Assembly: GCA_000004695.1 (NCBI GenBank)
Contig: CM000151.3
Coordinates: 3,840,001-3,904,000, forward strand
Source: Dictyostelium discoideum
Taxonomy: Eukaryota
Direction of reading: 5' to 3'
Length of the DNA stretch: 64,000 bases
In this document: positions 25,877 through 39,192 of the stretch, piece by piece
Layout: each line of letters starts with the position of its first letter
How positions within the stretch are numbered: position 1 is the first letter of the stretch
Translations under genes and position numbers: made by a program
The notes under the pieces: model-generated
Seen by the model: only the letters and a program-made list of their open reading frames with translations
Told to the model about the DNA's origin: nothing
Database searches by the model: none

Positions 25877-25901
25877 TTTTTTTTTTTTTAAAAAAAAAGT
25901 A

Positions 25902-26270
25902 ATGGAGAGTAGAATTATTGAAATAGACCCAAATTGTGTTAATGAATTTGAAAAACTCAAAAAAAAATATAAAATAGAATCAATTTTTTTAAAATTAAAT
26001 GATAATTTTAATTTATTATATGTTGAAAAAACTTTATCTAAAATATCTCAAGATGATTTTTTAGAATCAATACCAGTTGATCAACCAAGATTAATCATTT
26101 ATAAAAAATACTCAAATAATAAAATAATATTCATTAGATGGATTCCCGAAATTGTTCAAGATACAATCGAATATTCTTATAGTAACGCTTCAACAGCAAT
26201 ACTTGAACTTTTAATTGGTATAAATGAATATATGGAAGTAAAAGATTTAATTCAACTTTCAAATTTATAA
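25902..26270 (+). CDS. ADF-H (actin-depolymerising-factor homology) domain protein, cofilin/GMF/coactosin-like, 122 aa
   Basis: MESRIIEIDPNCVNEFEKLKKKYKIESIFLKLND...DDFLESIPVDQPRLIIYKKYSNNKIIFIRWIPEIVQ...EVKDLIQL follows the ADF-H consensus (C/V..F..LK..K.ryiifki...; dF...LP...pRY.vyd; klvFi.W.Pd; .L..i). Confidence 0.55.
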   Translation: MESRIIEIDPNCVNEFEKLKKKYKIESIFLKLNDNFNLLYVEKTLSKISQDDFLESIPVDQPRLIIYKKYSNNKIIFIRWIPEIVQDTIEYSYSNASTAILELLIGINEYMEVKDLIQLSNL

Positions 26271-26511
26271 AAAAGAAAAAAAAAATTAATTATTAAAAAA
26301 TAAATATTTTAATAGAAAATATTTTTTTTCAAGTTTGGAAAATCAATCAAATAAATTAAATCCTTTGAATTCCAAAATAAAAATGAAAATTAAAAATAAA
26401 AAAAAAATTTTCTTTTTTTTTTTTTTTTTTCAATTTTTTTTTTTTTTTTTTTTTCACAAATCATTGTCGAATTTTCATTTTTAATTGTTGTGATAAATTT
26501 ATATTTAAATA

Positions 26512-28750
26512 ATGTCAAACAATTTATTTGGTACAGGTTCATCAACTTCATCATCATTATTTGGTTCAACACCTTCAGCAGGTGGATTATTTGGTGGTGG
26601 TAGTTCAACAACACCAGCAACAGGCGGTGGTGGTTTATTTGGAGGTGCCTCAACAACACCAGCAACAGGCGGCGGTTTATTTGGAGGTGCCTCAACAACA
26701 CCAGCAACAGGTGGTGGTTTATTTGGAGGTGCCTCAACAACACCAGCAACAGGTGGTGGTGGTTTATTTGGAGGTAGTAGCACTACAGCACCAGCAACAG
26801 GTGGTGGTGGTTTATTTGGTGGTTCTACAACAACTGCACCAGCAACTACTGGAGGATTATTTGGAGGTAGTAGCACTACAGCACCATCAACAACAACTGG
26901 TGGATTATTCGGAGGTTCTTCAACAACTACACCATCAATAACAACAACAGGAGGATTATTTGGAGGTGCTTCAACAACTGCACCATCAACAACAACAGGT
27001 GGATTATTTGGAGCAACTACACCAGCAACTACAGCAACAACAACAACAGGTGGATTATTTGGCGGATCTACAACCACACCATCATTAACAAGTGGTGGAG
27101 GTTTATTTGGAGCAACTACACCAGCAGCTACAACAACAACAACATCCTCAGCTATACCATCATTAACTAGCGGCGGAGGTTTATTTGGTGGATCTACAAC
27201 TACACCATCATTAACTAGTGGTGGATTATTTGGAGCAACTACACCAGCAGCTACAACAACTACATCTACAACTACACCATCATTAACTAGTGGTGGATTA
27301 TTTGGAGCAACCACACCATCAACTACAGGAGGATTATTTGGAGCATCAACAACAACAACAACAACACCATCAACTACATCTACAACAACTCCATCAACAA
27401 CTACAGGCGGATTATTCGGTGCAACTACACCAGCAACAACTACAACTTCAGGAGGATTATTTGGAGCATCAACAACAACACCATCAACCACAGGAGGATT
27501 ATTTGGAGTGTCAACAACAACACCATCAACTACATCAGCAACCACACCAACAACAACAACTACAGGAGGATTATTTGGCGCAGCAACAACATCAGCAACT
27601 ACACCATCAACAACAACAACAACAACAACAACAACACCAACTACTGGATTATTTGGTTCATCAACAACACCATCAACAACAACATCAGGTGGATTGTTTG
27701 GTTCATCAACTACTCCATCAACAACAACAACAACAACAACAGCAACAACACCAACAACAGGCGGATTATTTGGTTCATCAACTACTCCATCAACAACAAC
27801 AACATCAGGTGGATTATTTGGTTCATCAGCTACACCATCAACAACATCATCAGGTGGATTATTTGGAGCAACAACTACTTCAGCAACAACCACAACTACT
27901 ACACCAACCACTACCTCTGGTGGATTATTTGGAACATCATCAACTACCACCACCACTACAACACCAGCAGCAGTAGCAGCAACTTCATCAAATCCACTCA
28001 CAACATCAATGTTGGGTGGATCATCAACAACACCAAATCCAGTTTCAGCTTCTTTAAATAATAGTGATCCAATTGGAATTAATGAAAGTAAATTATTAGA
28101 ACAACTCTTAAATGAATGGGTATCAGAAATTGAAAATCAAACTAAAAATTTTTATGATCAAGCAAAAACTATTTTTGTTTGGGATCAACGTATAATGGAT
28201 AATTCTCAAAAAGTAAATTTATAATTATTAATTTACTATTATTATTCATTTATTATCATTTTATATATTAATCTTAATTTTTTTTTTTTTTTTTTTTTTT
28301 GATTATATTATATATATATAGTTAGGTAAATTAATGGATGTAGTAGTTAAATTAAATTCTCAACAAAATGCATTAAATCAATGTATTGATGTAGTTAGAG
28401 ATCAACAAGCATTATTAGAGAGATCATTGAATGCTTTAGATTCAAAGATTAAATCATCACCAAAGGATAATGAAACAACAGCAGATTTAGAGAGAGAAAG
28501 AATCTATTCTTTGGCAACTAAAATAGATGATGATATCATTAAAGTAGAGAATAAATTATTGGGTGTAGTAAATAAAATTAATCAAAATCAAGTTAAAGAT
28601 GATAATCCAAAGGATTTAAATCAAAAAGTTTCTAAAATCTTAAATGATCACTTAAATACTTTACAATGGATTGATAAAAGTACAAATATTCTTCAAGAAT
28701 CTTTAAAAGTAATAGAAAGTACTTCTTTACCTGAAACTTCAAGAAGATAA
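26512..28750 (+). CDS. nup62: Nucleoporin Nup62/Nsp1 homolog (long GLFG/FG repeat domain plus Nsp1_C coiled coil); exons 26512..28212 and 28322..28750
   Basis: About 500 aa of ...TTPATGGGLFGG... repeats are followed by SKLLEQLLNEWVSEIENQTKNFYDQAKTIFVWDQRIMDNSQK (human Nup62: SLINKWSLELEDQERHFLQQATQVNAWDRTLIENGEK). A GTAAAT donor sits at 28213 and the acceptor at 28320-28321 (phase 0, 109-nt intron). The next exon encodes the coiled coil (ORF 28334..28750). Confidence 0.8.
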
Positions 28751-29022
28751 ATACAAATGTTAAAAAAAAAAAAAATAATAAAAAAAAATAATAAAAAAAA
28801 AAAAAAAATAAAAAAAATAAAAAAAAAATAAAAATCTTTTAAAACTATAAAACAAATTATATACAATGATTAATCATTTACACTAAATCAAAATTCAAAT
28901 TAAAAACAGAAATCATAATATTATTTTCATTGAAATTTAAAATTTAAATCATTTTCCATACTTTTTTTTTATATTTTTTTATTTTTTTATTTTTTTTTAT
29001 TTTTTTTATCCAACAAATATCT

Positions 29023-29053
<31 letters not shown>

Positions 29054-29122
29054 TTTATTTTCATTTTTTTTTTTTTTTAAACACCCCTTCCTCACAAAAA
29101 AAAAATAATTATATAAATAATA

Positions 29123-30494
29123 ATGGAAAGAATACAAATAATATCAAATCATTTAGTAGCAGGTGAAATTAAACAACAAAAAAAAGCACAACCAAGTGCA
29201 ACAGATTTCTTTGATTTCGATGGACTTTTAACAGAAAAGGAATTAGCAATTAGAAAAAAAGCTGAAAAATTTGCAAAAGAAGAAATTAATTCATTAAATG
29301 TGAGAGATTATTAAAATAATTAATAAAAAAAAAAAAAACTAATTTAAAGTTTAATAATAATAATAATATTATTAATAGATTAATGAATATTATGAAAGAG
29401 CAGAATTTCCATTACCAATTATTGAAAGATTAAAAGGATTAAATTGGGTGGGTGCAAATATAAAAGGATATGGTAGTCCAGAGTTAACATCAATGGAATT
29501 AGGTTTGATTGCAATGGAAATTTCAAAATCAAGTGCAGATATTGCAACTTTTTATACTATACTTTTGAATATTACAATGTTGGCAATTTATTATTCAGGA
29601 TCAGAACAACAAAAACAATATTATTTACCAAAGATGACATCATTGGAAAAGATTGGTGCATTTGCATTAACAGAACCTGAGGCAGGATCAGATGCAGCAG
29701 GTTTAAAATGTACAGCTAAGCAATTACCAAATGGTGCTGGTTGGATATTGAATGGTGAGAAACGTTGGATTGGTAATGCACCAATGGCTGATATAATAGT
29801 GATTTGGGCTAGAAATATTGATACAAATAAAATTCATGGTTTTATACTTGAGCCTTCAAAAGTAGCAAGTGGTGGCGATCAATTAAGAATTGAAACTCTT
29901 CAAAAGAAATTTGCATTTAGAAGTGTTCAAAATGGTCATATCTTTATGAAAGATTGTTTCATAGCAGAGGATCAAAGATTAACCAATGCATTGGATTTCA
30001 ATAGTGGTCCTGGTAAATGTTTATTCCTAACTAGAATAGTGGTTGGTTGGATTGCATTGGGAGTCGCTAGTAATGCCTATGAAAAATGTTTACAATATGT
30101 TAAGCAAAGAAATCAATTTGGTCAACCATTAGCTCAATTCCAATTGGTTCAAGAGAGATTGGTTAAAATGTGTTCAAATATTCAAGCAATCTCTTTGATG
30201 TGTCATCGTGTTTCACAACTTTTCGATCAAGGTAAATTATCAAGTGGTCAAGTTGGACTTTTAAAAGCTTTCTCAACCTCAAAAGCCCGTGAAGTAGTTT
30301 CAATGGCTCGTGAATTATTCGGTGGTAATGGTATACTTTTAGATGATATAGGTAGAAATTTCCTTGATATGGAAGGTATCTATACCTTTGAAGGTACTTA
30401 TGATGTAAATACTTTAATTGCTGCAAGAGAAATTACTGGATTATCTGCTATATCTTCAATAAATCATTCAAAATCACAACAACAACAAAAATAA
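29123..30494 (+). CDS. gcdh: Glutaryl-CoA dehydrogenase (acyl-CoA dehydrogenase family); exons 29123..29299 and 29379..30494
   Basis: The sequence aligns over its whole length with human GCDH: NIKGYGSPELTSMELGLIAMEI; AFALTEPEAGSDAAGLKCTAKQ; ILNGEKRWIGNAPMADIIVIWAR; NQFGQPLAQFQLVQE; EGIYTFEGTYDVNTLIAAREITG. A GTGAGA donor at 29300 and an acceptor at 29377-29378 (79-nt intron) join in phase 0. Confidence 0.85.
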
Positions 30495-30554
30495 AAATAA
30501 AAATGAAAATTATTTATTTAAAAATATTTACAAAAAAAAATTAATTTATTTATT

Positions 30555-30830
30555 TTAATTTTTTAATACCATATTATGGTTGTTATTATCATTATTATTA
30601 TTATTATTATTGTCATCAGTACTATTATTTGATTTATTTGAAGAATTTTGCATTTCTTGGATTTCTTTTTTGAGTAAATGAGTTAATACAAGATAATTGG
30701 CTCCAATAGATTCATAGTCTTCTTCCATTTTTTCTACATAAAGTGAGAGTGAATTAATAGCTGCAAGTGAGTTATCAATAGCTTCGAGTTCATCTTTTCT
30801 ATTTTTAATTATTCTTTCACTTTTGTTCAT
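30555..30830 (-). CDS. Hypothetical small coiled-coil protein (91 aa) with poly-N tail
   Basis: ORF only. Heptad-like sequence SERIIKNRKDELEAIDNSLAAINSLSLYVEKMEEDYESIGANYLVLTHLLKKEIQEM. No family assignment. Confidence 0.35.
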   Translation of the reverse strand: MNKSERIIKNRKDELEAIDNSLAAINSLSLYVEKMEEDYESIGANYLVLTHLLKKEIQEMQNSSNKSNNSTDDNNNNNNNDNNNHNMVLKN

Positions 30831-31055
30831 TTTAAATTTTAATTGGATTTTTTATTATTTATTATTTCATTTGAATTTTTAAACTTCTTGAAATTTTGTG
30901 TAAAAACAATGAAAAGCTGTGAAAAATATAAATAGTTTTTTTTTTTTTATTTGGCAAAATCTAATTTTTTTTTTTTTTTTTTTTTTTTTGAATTATTTTT
31001 TTTTAATTTTTTTGGTTTTTTTTTTTTTTTTTAATTTTGTTTTAAACCTTTAAAG

Positions 31056-32872
31056 ATGACAGATGATGTTGTAATGAAAACTGAAAAAGATGAAGAGATA
31101 AAAACAAATGAAACAAATATAGATAAAAGTGATAATAAATATGAAAAAGAGAATAAAGTAAGTGAGTTATATTTGGATTCATTGGAAACTTTATTATTAA
31201 TTCACATAATAATTAAATATGAAGAAGATAAAAATACGTTTAATTGGTCTTCAATAAAAGAATCATTATTAAAAGAAATTGAAAAATTAAAAGATTTAAA
31301 TATAACAAATAATATTTCAATGAAAAGTGAAGAGGTAAGAAAAAAAAAAAAATAAGAAAAAAAAAAAAAATTAAAAACAAACAAATAAATAATTATAATT
31401 CTTTATTAATATATTTAAATAATATATTCTTTTAGGAAATTAAAATATTTTATGATAAAATTCAAGAAAATTTTGGAAAAGATAATATAATAAATTTAGA
31501 AATTTTATTAAGAAATAAAAGAATAGAAAAAATTAAAAACCAAATTGATCAATATAATAAACAATTAAAAGAAAAAGAAGAGATTATTGATACTATAAAA
31601 CAAAATTATTTAAATGAATTAGAATTAGAAAAACAATTAGAACAAGAGAGAGAAAAAGAAAAGGAGAAAGAAAAAGAGATTGAAAAAGAGAAAGAAAAAG
31701 AAAAAGATGAAGAAAAAGAAAAAGAGAAAGAAAAAGAGAAAGGAAAAGGTAAAGATAAAGCAAAAGATAAAGAAAAAACAAATACTACTACCACTACTAC
31801 TACTACTATTACTACTCCAACAACAGAAAAAGAAAAAAACACATCATCATCATCATCAAAACTAAAAAGAAATCAAAAACAAACACCAACAACAACAACC
31901 CCAGCTACATTAATATCTACAAATACAAACGATGATGATGAACAAAAAAGAAGAGAAGAAGAACACCAAAGAGCAAGTTCAAAGAAAATACTTTATACAT
32001 CAATGTTAAAGGTTTGGAAAGGTTTGAATTCAAATCGTTTTGCTTATATTTTTAGATATCCAATTACAAAAGATGAAGCACCAGATTATGATTCAGTAAT
32101 TAAACATAGAATGGATTTAACAACTTTGAAAAAGAAATTAGATGATCAAGTTTATAACACTTGTAGTGAATTTAGCAAAGATGTAATTTTAATTTTTAAG
32201 AATGCAATGATCTACAATCAAGAGGATTCCGATATTTATAATATGGCTGCATCAATGAAGAAAATCGCTGAAAAAGAAATGGAACCTTGCTTTGCAACTG
32301 AAGAATTATTACAAAGTGGCGCTGCAAATTCATTGGGTACAAGATCAAATAGAAGTGGTTCAAATACTCCTTTATCTACAAGTACTTCTGGTAATATAGT
32401 ATCTTCTTCTGGTAATGGTGGTGGTGGTGGCGGCGGTGGTAGTGGGTCCACTATGCCCTCGCCATCAATCAGAGGTAGAAATAAACCAACTGTAAATACA
32501 ACCATATCGGCAAATTCTTCAACATCTTCCACCACCACTACCAACACCACTACCTCCCCAGCTACTACCACTACCACTGCTACAACTCCTAGATCAAAAA
32601 AGAATACTTCATCAACATCTTCTATAGCGAGTGAATCTGATCAATCAAATCCAAATACACCATCATTACAAGAGGAAACAATTGATACTTCAGATCATGA
32701 TTCTTCAACCTCAAAATCAAAAGGTAGAGCTACAAGAAGTAGTACTAGAAAATCAACTACTGCTGAATCTACACCAGAATTAAAAGAAGATATAATTCCA
32801 ATTAAAAAAGTTTCAAAGAGACAAAGAAATTCAAAAACTGATGAAACAATAACTCATCAAGATGATCTTTAA
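31056..32872 (+). CDS. Bromodomain-containing protein (N-terminal acidic/coiled-coil region, single C-terminal bromodomain); exons 31056..31334 and 31436..32872
   Basis: A GTAAGA donor follows ...NNISMKSEE at 31335 and the acceptor is ttcttttag at 31434-31435. The downstream frame is open and charged (EKEKEK repeats) and contains no start codon, so the ORF track lists it only from Met-32003. The bromodomain reads FAYIFRYPITKDEAPDYDSVIKHRMDLTTLKKKLDDQVYNTCSEFSKDVILIFKNAMIYNQEDSDIYNMA. Confidence 0.7.
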
Positions 32873-32947
32873 AAATAATAAAAATAATTTTTTGTAAATA
32901 GTTTAAATATATATTTTTTTTTATTTTATTTTTGTTTATTTATTTCT

Positions 32948-35900
32948 CTAATTATCAATATTTGTAATACTATTTTTTGTTAATTTTATAAATATTTGTT
33001 CTATTGAAGTTTGACTAACAGAATAATCATCTAAAATGAATTTTAATGATTGTTCAATATTTGAAAAGATTGAAGATAATTTAATTGGATTATTTGGTGG
33101 ATTTGGTAATTCAAAACTTGCTGATAAAGCATGTTGATTGTCAATTAAACTTGCAGATGGGAATGATTGTAAGAATAACTCAACACCATTTTCAAGATAT
33201 TCTTTTTTAAATTTAACTTCAATTGAATAACCACTTCCAAATTTATCTTTAATATGTTGATTCGATCCTAATGCTTGTAATTTACCATCTTTCATAATTG
33301 TTAATTTATCACATACCGCTTGACATTCAGCTATTGAATGAGTTGTTAATATTATTGCTTTATTTTTTTTTAATTCCATTAAAACATTCCACATGAATCT
33401 TTTAACACATGCATCAACACCACATGATATTTCATCAAGTAATAGAATTGATGGTGAGCCAATGCAAGCTATTGATAATGATACTTTTCTTTTATTACCA
33501 CCAGAATAACCGGATGTGTTTGAATTTGAAATTGATTCTAAATCCATCATTTGAATGAATGCATTTACAGTATCTTTAATTTTAGACTCATCAACACCTT
33601 TAATTCTACAATATAATTCTAATTGTTCTCTTGCACTTAATAATCCAATTAATGCATCAAATTGGAAACAATAACCAATTGAAGTTAATGCATCATTTCT
33701 ATTTTTAATCAAATCATAACCATTTAATTTAATTTTACCACCAGTTGGACTAATTTCACCAGAGATCATTCCTAAGGTGGTTGATTTACCACAACCATTT
33801 AATCCAAGTAATCCAAATGTTTGACCAGTTGGTATTGCTAATGTACTATTATAAACTGCAATTTTTGATTTATAATTACCAACTGAATTAAATTTTTTAT
33901 ATAAATTATTAAAAATGATTGGATAAACATTACCACTACCACCATTAGTATTATTATCTAATAATTGTTTTACAATGATTCTTTCATTTGAAACATCAGA
34001 ATCTTCATTTGAATCTGGAATTGGTGAATTTGAAAATAATTTTGAAATTGTAAATTTACCTTTTATTTCACTTGAATAATCAATTAAAAGTATCCAAGTA
34101 ATCCAAACTATACAATGTAAAAATAAAATAGCATTTGGTAATAATCCAAAATGAAAACTCCAATAATCTATAAATGATTGATCAACTCTTGATACACCTG
34201 GGAATTTTGTAACAATTGCAAGTATTTTTGAAAAACAAAAGAATGGTGAAATTGCATAGAAACAATATTCAATTATATCAGTAAGGAATTGAAATGAAAT
34301 ACTATTCTCTTTAATTGCCCAAACTCTTAAAATAAATGAAATAACTGTAAATATTAAACCAACACCAAAATGAATTGCAAAGATTGCACCAACAGCTTTA
34401 CCATGTGATGAAAATTTAAATGACATTAAATATGATAATGGAATAATTGAAAATGTGAATAAAACAACACCACTAATATATAAATCGAAATGAGTTCTAA
34501 ATTTATCATCTACTGCAATGATTACAATTGTTAAAAATATAACTAGTATAAATGTTTGTAAATAATCCCAAATTAAATTTGATAACCAATAAATTGATTT
34601 TCTTAAACCTGAAATATATAATAATCTTTTAACTCTAGTTGAACGTTCATGTGATATGTTTCCTGCATGTGATGCTGCAATCAATGAAAATGAAGCCAAT
34701 GTTAAAATAATAAAGAAAACAATTGCAACGAAATTAACATCCAATGAAGCCACTTCTAATGGACTTTGAATATGTTCAAATGGTAATGAAGTTGTTTGGA
34801 TCCTTTTACCAGTTACTGATCTTAAAATTTCTGAATCAACAAAATTGATATAAATTGGTAAAGCATGTAAATAATCTTTATTGAAAAATACATTATAATG
34901 AAGGAATTTAACATTTTTAAAATAACGAAAATCGAAATATAATGCACCTGGAACACCGAAATAGTGATGAATTAAATAATCATGTAATTCATCATATGGT
35001 ACCAATGTAGTTCTATCTGAATGTCCAATTGAATTGTCAAATAATGATGTCATTGTTTCATTAACTTTATCAATTGAAACTGGTGTAACTGATTTACCAT
35101 AAACATTAAAATCAAGTATCAAAGGTTGAGTAACTGTATTATAAATATCAATAGTTCTCATATTTTTATATAATATTAAACCACCAGCTAATATTAAAAT
35201 TGGAATTAAAATTGAAAGAACAAATGATTTTATATCTTTTCTAGATGTTTTGACCCTTTTTATTAATAATCCTTTTAATTGTTGATAACTTTTAATACCT
35301 GAAGAATTTGTTTTTAATGCAGTATTTAAAACTGATTGATTAAAATTTGGATTTGTTTCAGAATTTGAAATTATCTTTAAAAATACTTCTTCCAATGTTG
35401 TAATTGAAATACCATAGTTTTCAATTGATAATTGTTTTTTTCTATCATCTAATTCTTTAAATAAATTTGAAAAATTTCCAATTGATTCATTTGGTAATCT
35501 AAAACATAATTCAGTACCGGCATCAGATAATAATGAACCTTTTGGTATATGATTAAATATAATATCACTAATGGTTTTTGTTAAATTTGAATTATTAATT
35601 GAATTATGTTCTTTTGAAATTGTTAATAAATAACCTACACCGAATCTATTCTTTAAGAATAAACTTGATCCATTGCATTTTAATTCACCATTTGCGATAA
35701 TTGAAATTGTATTTGATAGAATATCACATTCTTCTAAATAATGACTAACTAGAATAATGGTTTTATTTTCTCTATATTTTAAAATGAAATCCCAAATTAA
35801 TCTTCTATTTGATGCATCTAAACCTGATGTTGGTTCATCGATTAATATTATATCACTATTTGGTCCGATGAATGCAATTGCTAAACAAAGTTTACGTTTT

Positions 35901-37884
35901 TGACCACCTGATAGAGTTCCAGCTGGTGCATTTAATTTTTCACCTAATCCAACTTCTAATGCTATTTTTGTAGCTTCAACTTTTCTTTGATTTGAATTTG
36001 TAAAACCTTTTAATGCTGCATAAAATTCTAAATGTTCCATTACAGTTAACTGTTCCCAAATTATATCAGATTGTGGACAAACTCCTAAATGTTTTCTAAT
36101 TTCATCTATATTATTCCTAATATCAAATCCATTAATTAAAGCATCACCAGATGTTGGCTCAATCATACCAGTTAACATACTAAGTGTTGTTGATTTTCCA
36201 CTACCATTTGGACCTAGAAATGAATGAATTCGATTTTTATACATATCAATTGATAAATCATTAACTGCAATTCTATTACCATCACCAGTTTTAAATTCTT
36301 TTCTTAAATTTCTAATTGAAATTGTTGGTCTTTCTAATTGATGTTCAATTTTTTCAAAATTCTTTTCATTATATGAACTATTTCTATTACATGAAGTTGC
36401 CTCCACGTCAAACACTCCATTATTATTAATATTTGATTTTTTATTTTTTCTCCAATAATTCTTTGTTAAAAAGAAATACCATTTCTTTGGAATACCATAT
36501 TCACCAGTTATAACATTATCTAAATACCATAAAATGAGAATATATAAAAAGATATCAAAAACTAACATTCCAATAATTTCATATTCATTTACCATATTAA
36601 CATTTATATCAACTTCTTTGAAAACTATTAAATCTTTATAACACCAAACATAATTTGCAACTGAAATTGCAATTGGTGAAAATAAACATGATAATAATTT
36701 TAAAGTTGGTGATATATTAAAACGACCAATTATAATTCCAATACCAGATAATAATAATACTATTAAAAATGCCATTAATCCAGCATATTTTGATTTTGTA
36801 AAAAATTTACATAGAATAAATGCAATTAATAATAATGTTATCGAGTATGGTATTAATATTAATATTAAAGTTATCCATTTTACATGATGAACTAATTGTG
36901 ATGCTGATAGTATAATTGAAACTAATAAAGTTGATGATAATAATGTAATCAATGATATAATAGAATTTGAAATATAATATGCAAAACTATTCAAACCCAT
37001 GGTTTTCATACCTTCTAATATTTTAGTTTCTTTTTCAATTACAATATTTGTTATCAATGTAAACAATGTTGCAAATAATGATGCAGTAATAAACACACCA
37101 CCCGTATTTAAAAGTATTAATTTCCTTCCGTCGGTCCATTTCTCCCAAAATGAAATATACGGATTTGGAAATCTTTGGCCAGTTGCGAATATTGGTATTG
37201 CAATTTGATTGGTTAATAAAATCGCTTGATCAACTCCAGTTTGAATTTGTGTGAAATAATGTCTTAAATAAATTTGTGAATCTTCTCTATCTTGAAATTG
37301 CTGTGTATTGTCATGTGTAAAATCCGAATCAACTCGTATACTATATTTAATTGTATTTCCATTGAAACTATCATCTGGAAACCATACACCACCCATTACA
37401 CCTCTATAATTAAATGGATCATGGAAATATTCATCCATTGATTCAATATCTTTAAATTCGACAAAACATCTATTAATATAATCATTACTAAATTCTGGAT
37501 GTTGAATTGAAACTTGTAATTTTAAATTATCAAGTATATTTCTTTGATCACTATTTAATCCACCATTTGATCCAATTAATAATTGTTTTGTATGTGCAAT
37601 ATCAAAAGCAAATCCACTTGCTGGTCTTTCTTTAAAATCTCTTGTAATAATCATTGATAAATCTATATTTTTTTGGAATAATTTTTTATTATTATTTTGG
37701 AAAAAAAATAAAAAAAACTTTTTTTGGAAAAAAAAAAAAAAAAAAACTTACATAATATACCAAATAAAATACCAATTGATATCAATGGTAATAAAATTTC
37801 TAATAATAGTTTTATTTTTGATTTTCCTTTTAATGTCCAATTTTTTTTTAAAAGTGGAATTAATTGATTTTTGATTGATTCCAT
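32948..37884 (-). CDS. ABC transporter, ABCA subfamily, full-size (TMD-NBD-TMD-NBD); exons about 37752..37884 and 32948..37662
   Basis: Exon 1 reads [44 protein letters not shown] (the ABCA N-terminal WKN motif). A GTAAGT donor in phase 1 and an acceptor aaaaatatag (37663-37664) start exon 2 at [10 protein letters not shown].... It has two NBDs (GPNGSGKST...[33 protein letters not shown] and [10 protein letters not shown]...[32 protein letters not shown]) and the ABCA-type large extracellular loop. Confidence 0.85.
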
Positions 37885-38476
37885 TTTTATTTTTATTTTA
37901 TTTTATATTTTTATTAATTTTTTATTTTTATTTAAATAGATATTTTTTTTTTTTTTTATTACTAAGATTTATAAATGAGGCCAAGAAAATAAACAAGAAC
38001 AAAAAAAAAAAAAAACAAAAAAAATAAAAAAAAAACAATTTGAAAAATATTTAAAAATTAATGGTGTGGTAATTGAATTCAATAAATAATAGTTTATTTA
38101 AAAAAAAAAAAAATAAAAAATAAAAATATAAAAAAAGAATTTTTTTTTTGTCGCTGATTTTTATTTTTTTTTTTTTTTTTTTATTAGTCTTTTTTTAATT
38201 AAAATCAATTTCCAATTTGGGATTTTTATTTTTAAAAATATTTGAAAAAGGAGTTATTGGAAAAACTGATCAAAAAAAAAAAAAATAAAATAAAATAAAA
38301 TAAAATAAAAAAATAAAATAAAAATAAAAAAAAATTTTTAAATTTTCAAATATTTAAATTTAGTAATAAAACAATTTTAAAAATAATATTATAGTTTATT
38401 TTCAATCCCAATTTTTTATTTTTATTTTTTTTCCTAATTATTTAATTTTACAATTTTAGCACTTCACCCTTAACAC

Positions 38477-38530
<54 letters not shown>

Positions 38531-38721
38531 AAAAATATAAAAATTAAAAATAAAAAAACACAAAAAAAAAAAATAAAAAAATAAAAAAAATTATAAAATT
38601 TGTTAATTTAAATTAAATATTTTGTGTGAGACAAGAGAAAAATAACTTCAAATAAAAAAACAATATATCTTTATATAAAATATTTTTTTTAAAAATAAAA
38701 AAATTAAACTATCAATAAAAA

Positions 38722-39158
38722 ATGTTAATTAAAGAATAGTATGTACCCCTCTCTTATTTATAATTTTATTTTTAAAAATAAAAATTATATGTTATTAATA
38801 TTAATATTAATATTAAAATTTTATTTTATTTTATTTTTTTTTAAAAAAAAATAAATTTTAGTAGGATGGTTTTACCTTTAACGGTTGAAGAATATCAAAT
38901 AGCACAATTATATATGGTAGCAAAAAAAAGTAAAGAATCAACAAAAGGTGGTGAAGGTATTGAAATTATAAAGAATGAACCTTTTGATAATGAAAAAGGT
39001 AAAGGTCAATATACTGAAAAAATTATTTATTTAGCAAACTCATTACCAAGATTTGCAGCTGCAATTTTACCATCAAGTGCTTTAAAAATTGAAGAAAAAG
39101 CTTGGAATGCTTATCCATATTGTAAAACTGGTATGTTTAAATAATTATAATAAAATAA

Positions 39159-39192
<34 letters not shown>

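Noticed and set aside
26505-28001. 498-aa minus-strand ORF (VVVGVV.../PNNPP repeats) antisense to the Nup62 FG-repeat exon, plus overlapping plus-strand Q/H-rich ORFs at 26528 and 27290
   Set aside because: These are artefacts of the codon-biased GGT/ACA/ACT repeat. The reverse and shifted frames stay open only because the repeat lacks stop triplets, and the sense frame has clear Nup62 homology.
31680-31865. 61-aa poly-K/R ORF (MKKRKKKKKM...)
   Set aside because: It is an alternative frame of the EKEKEK-encoding GAA/AAA repeat inside exon 2 of the bromodomain gene.
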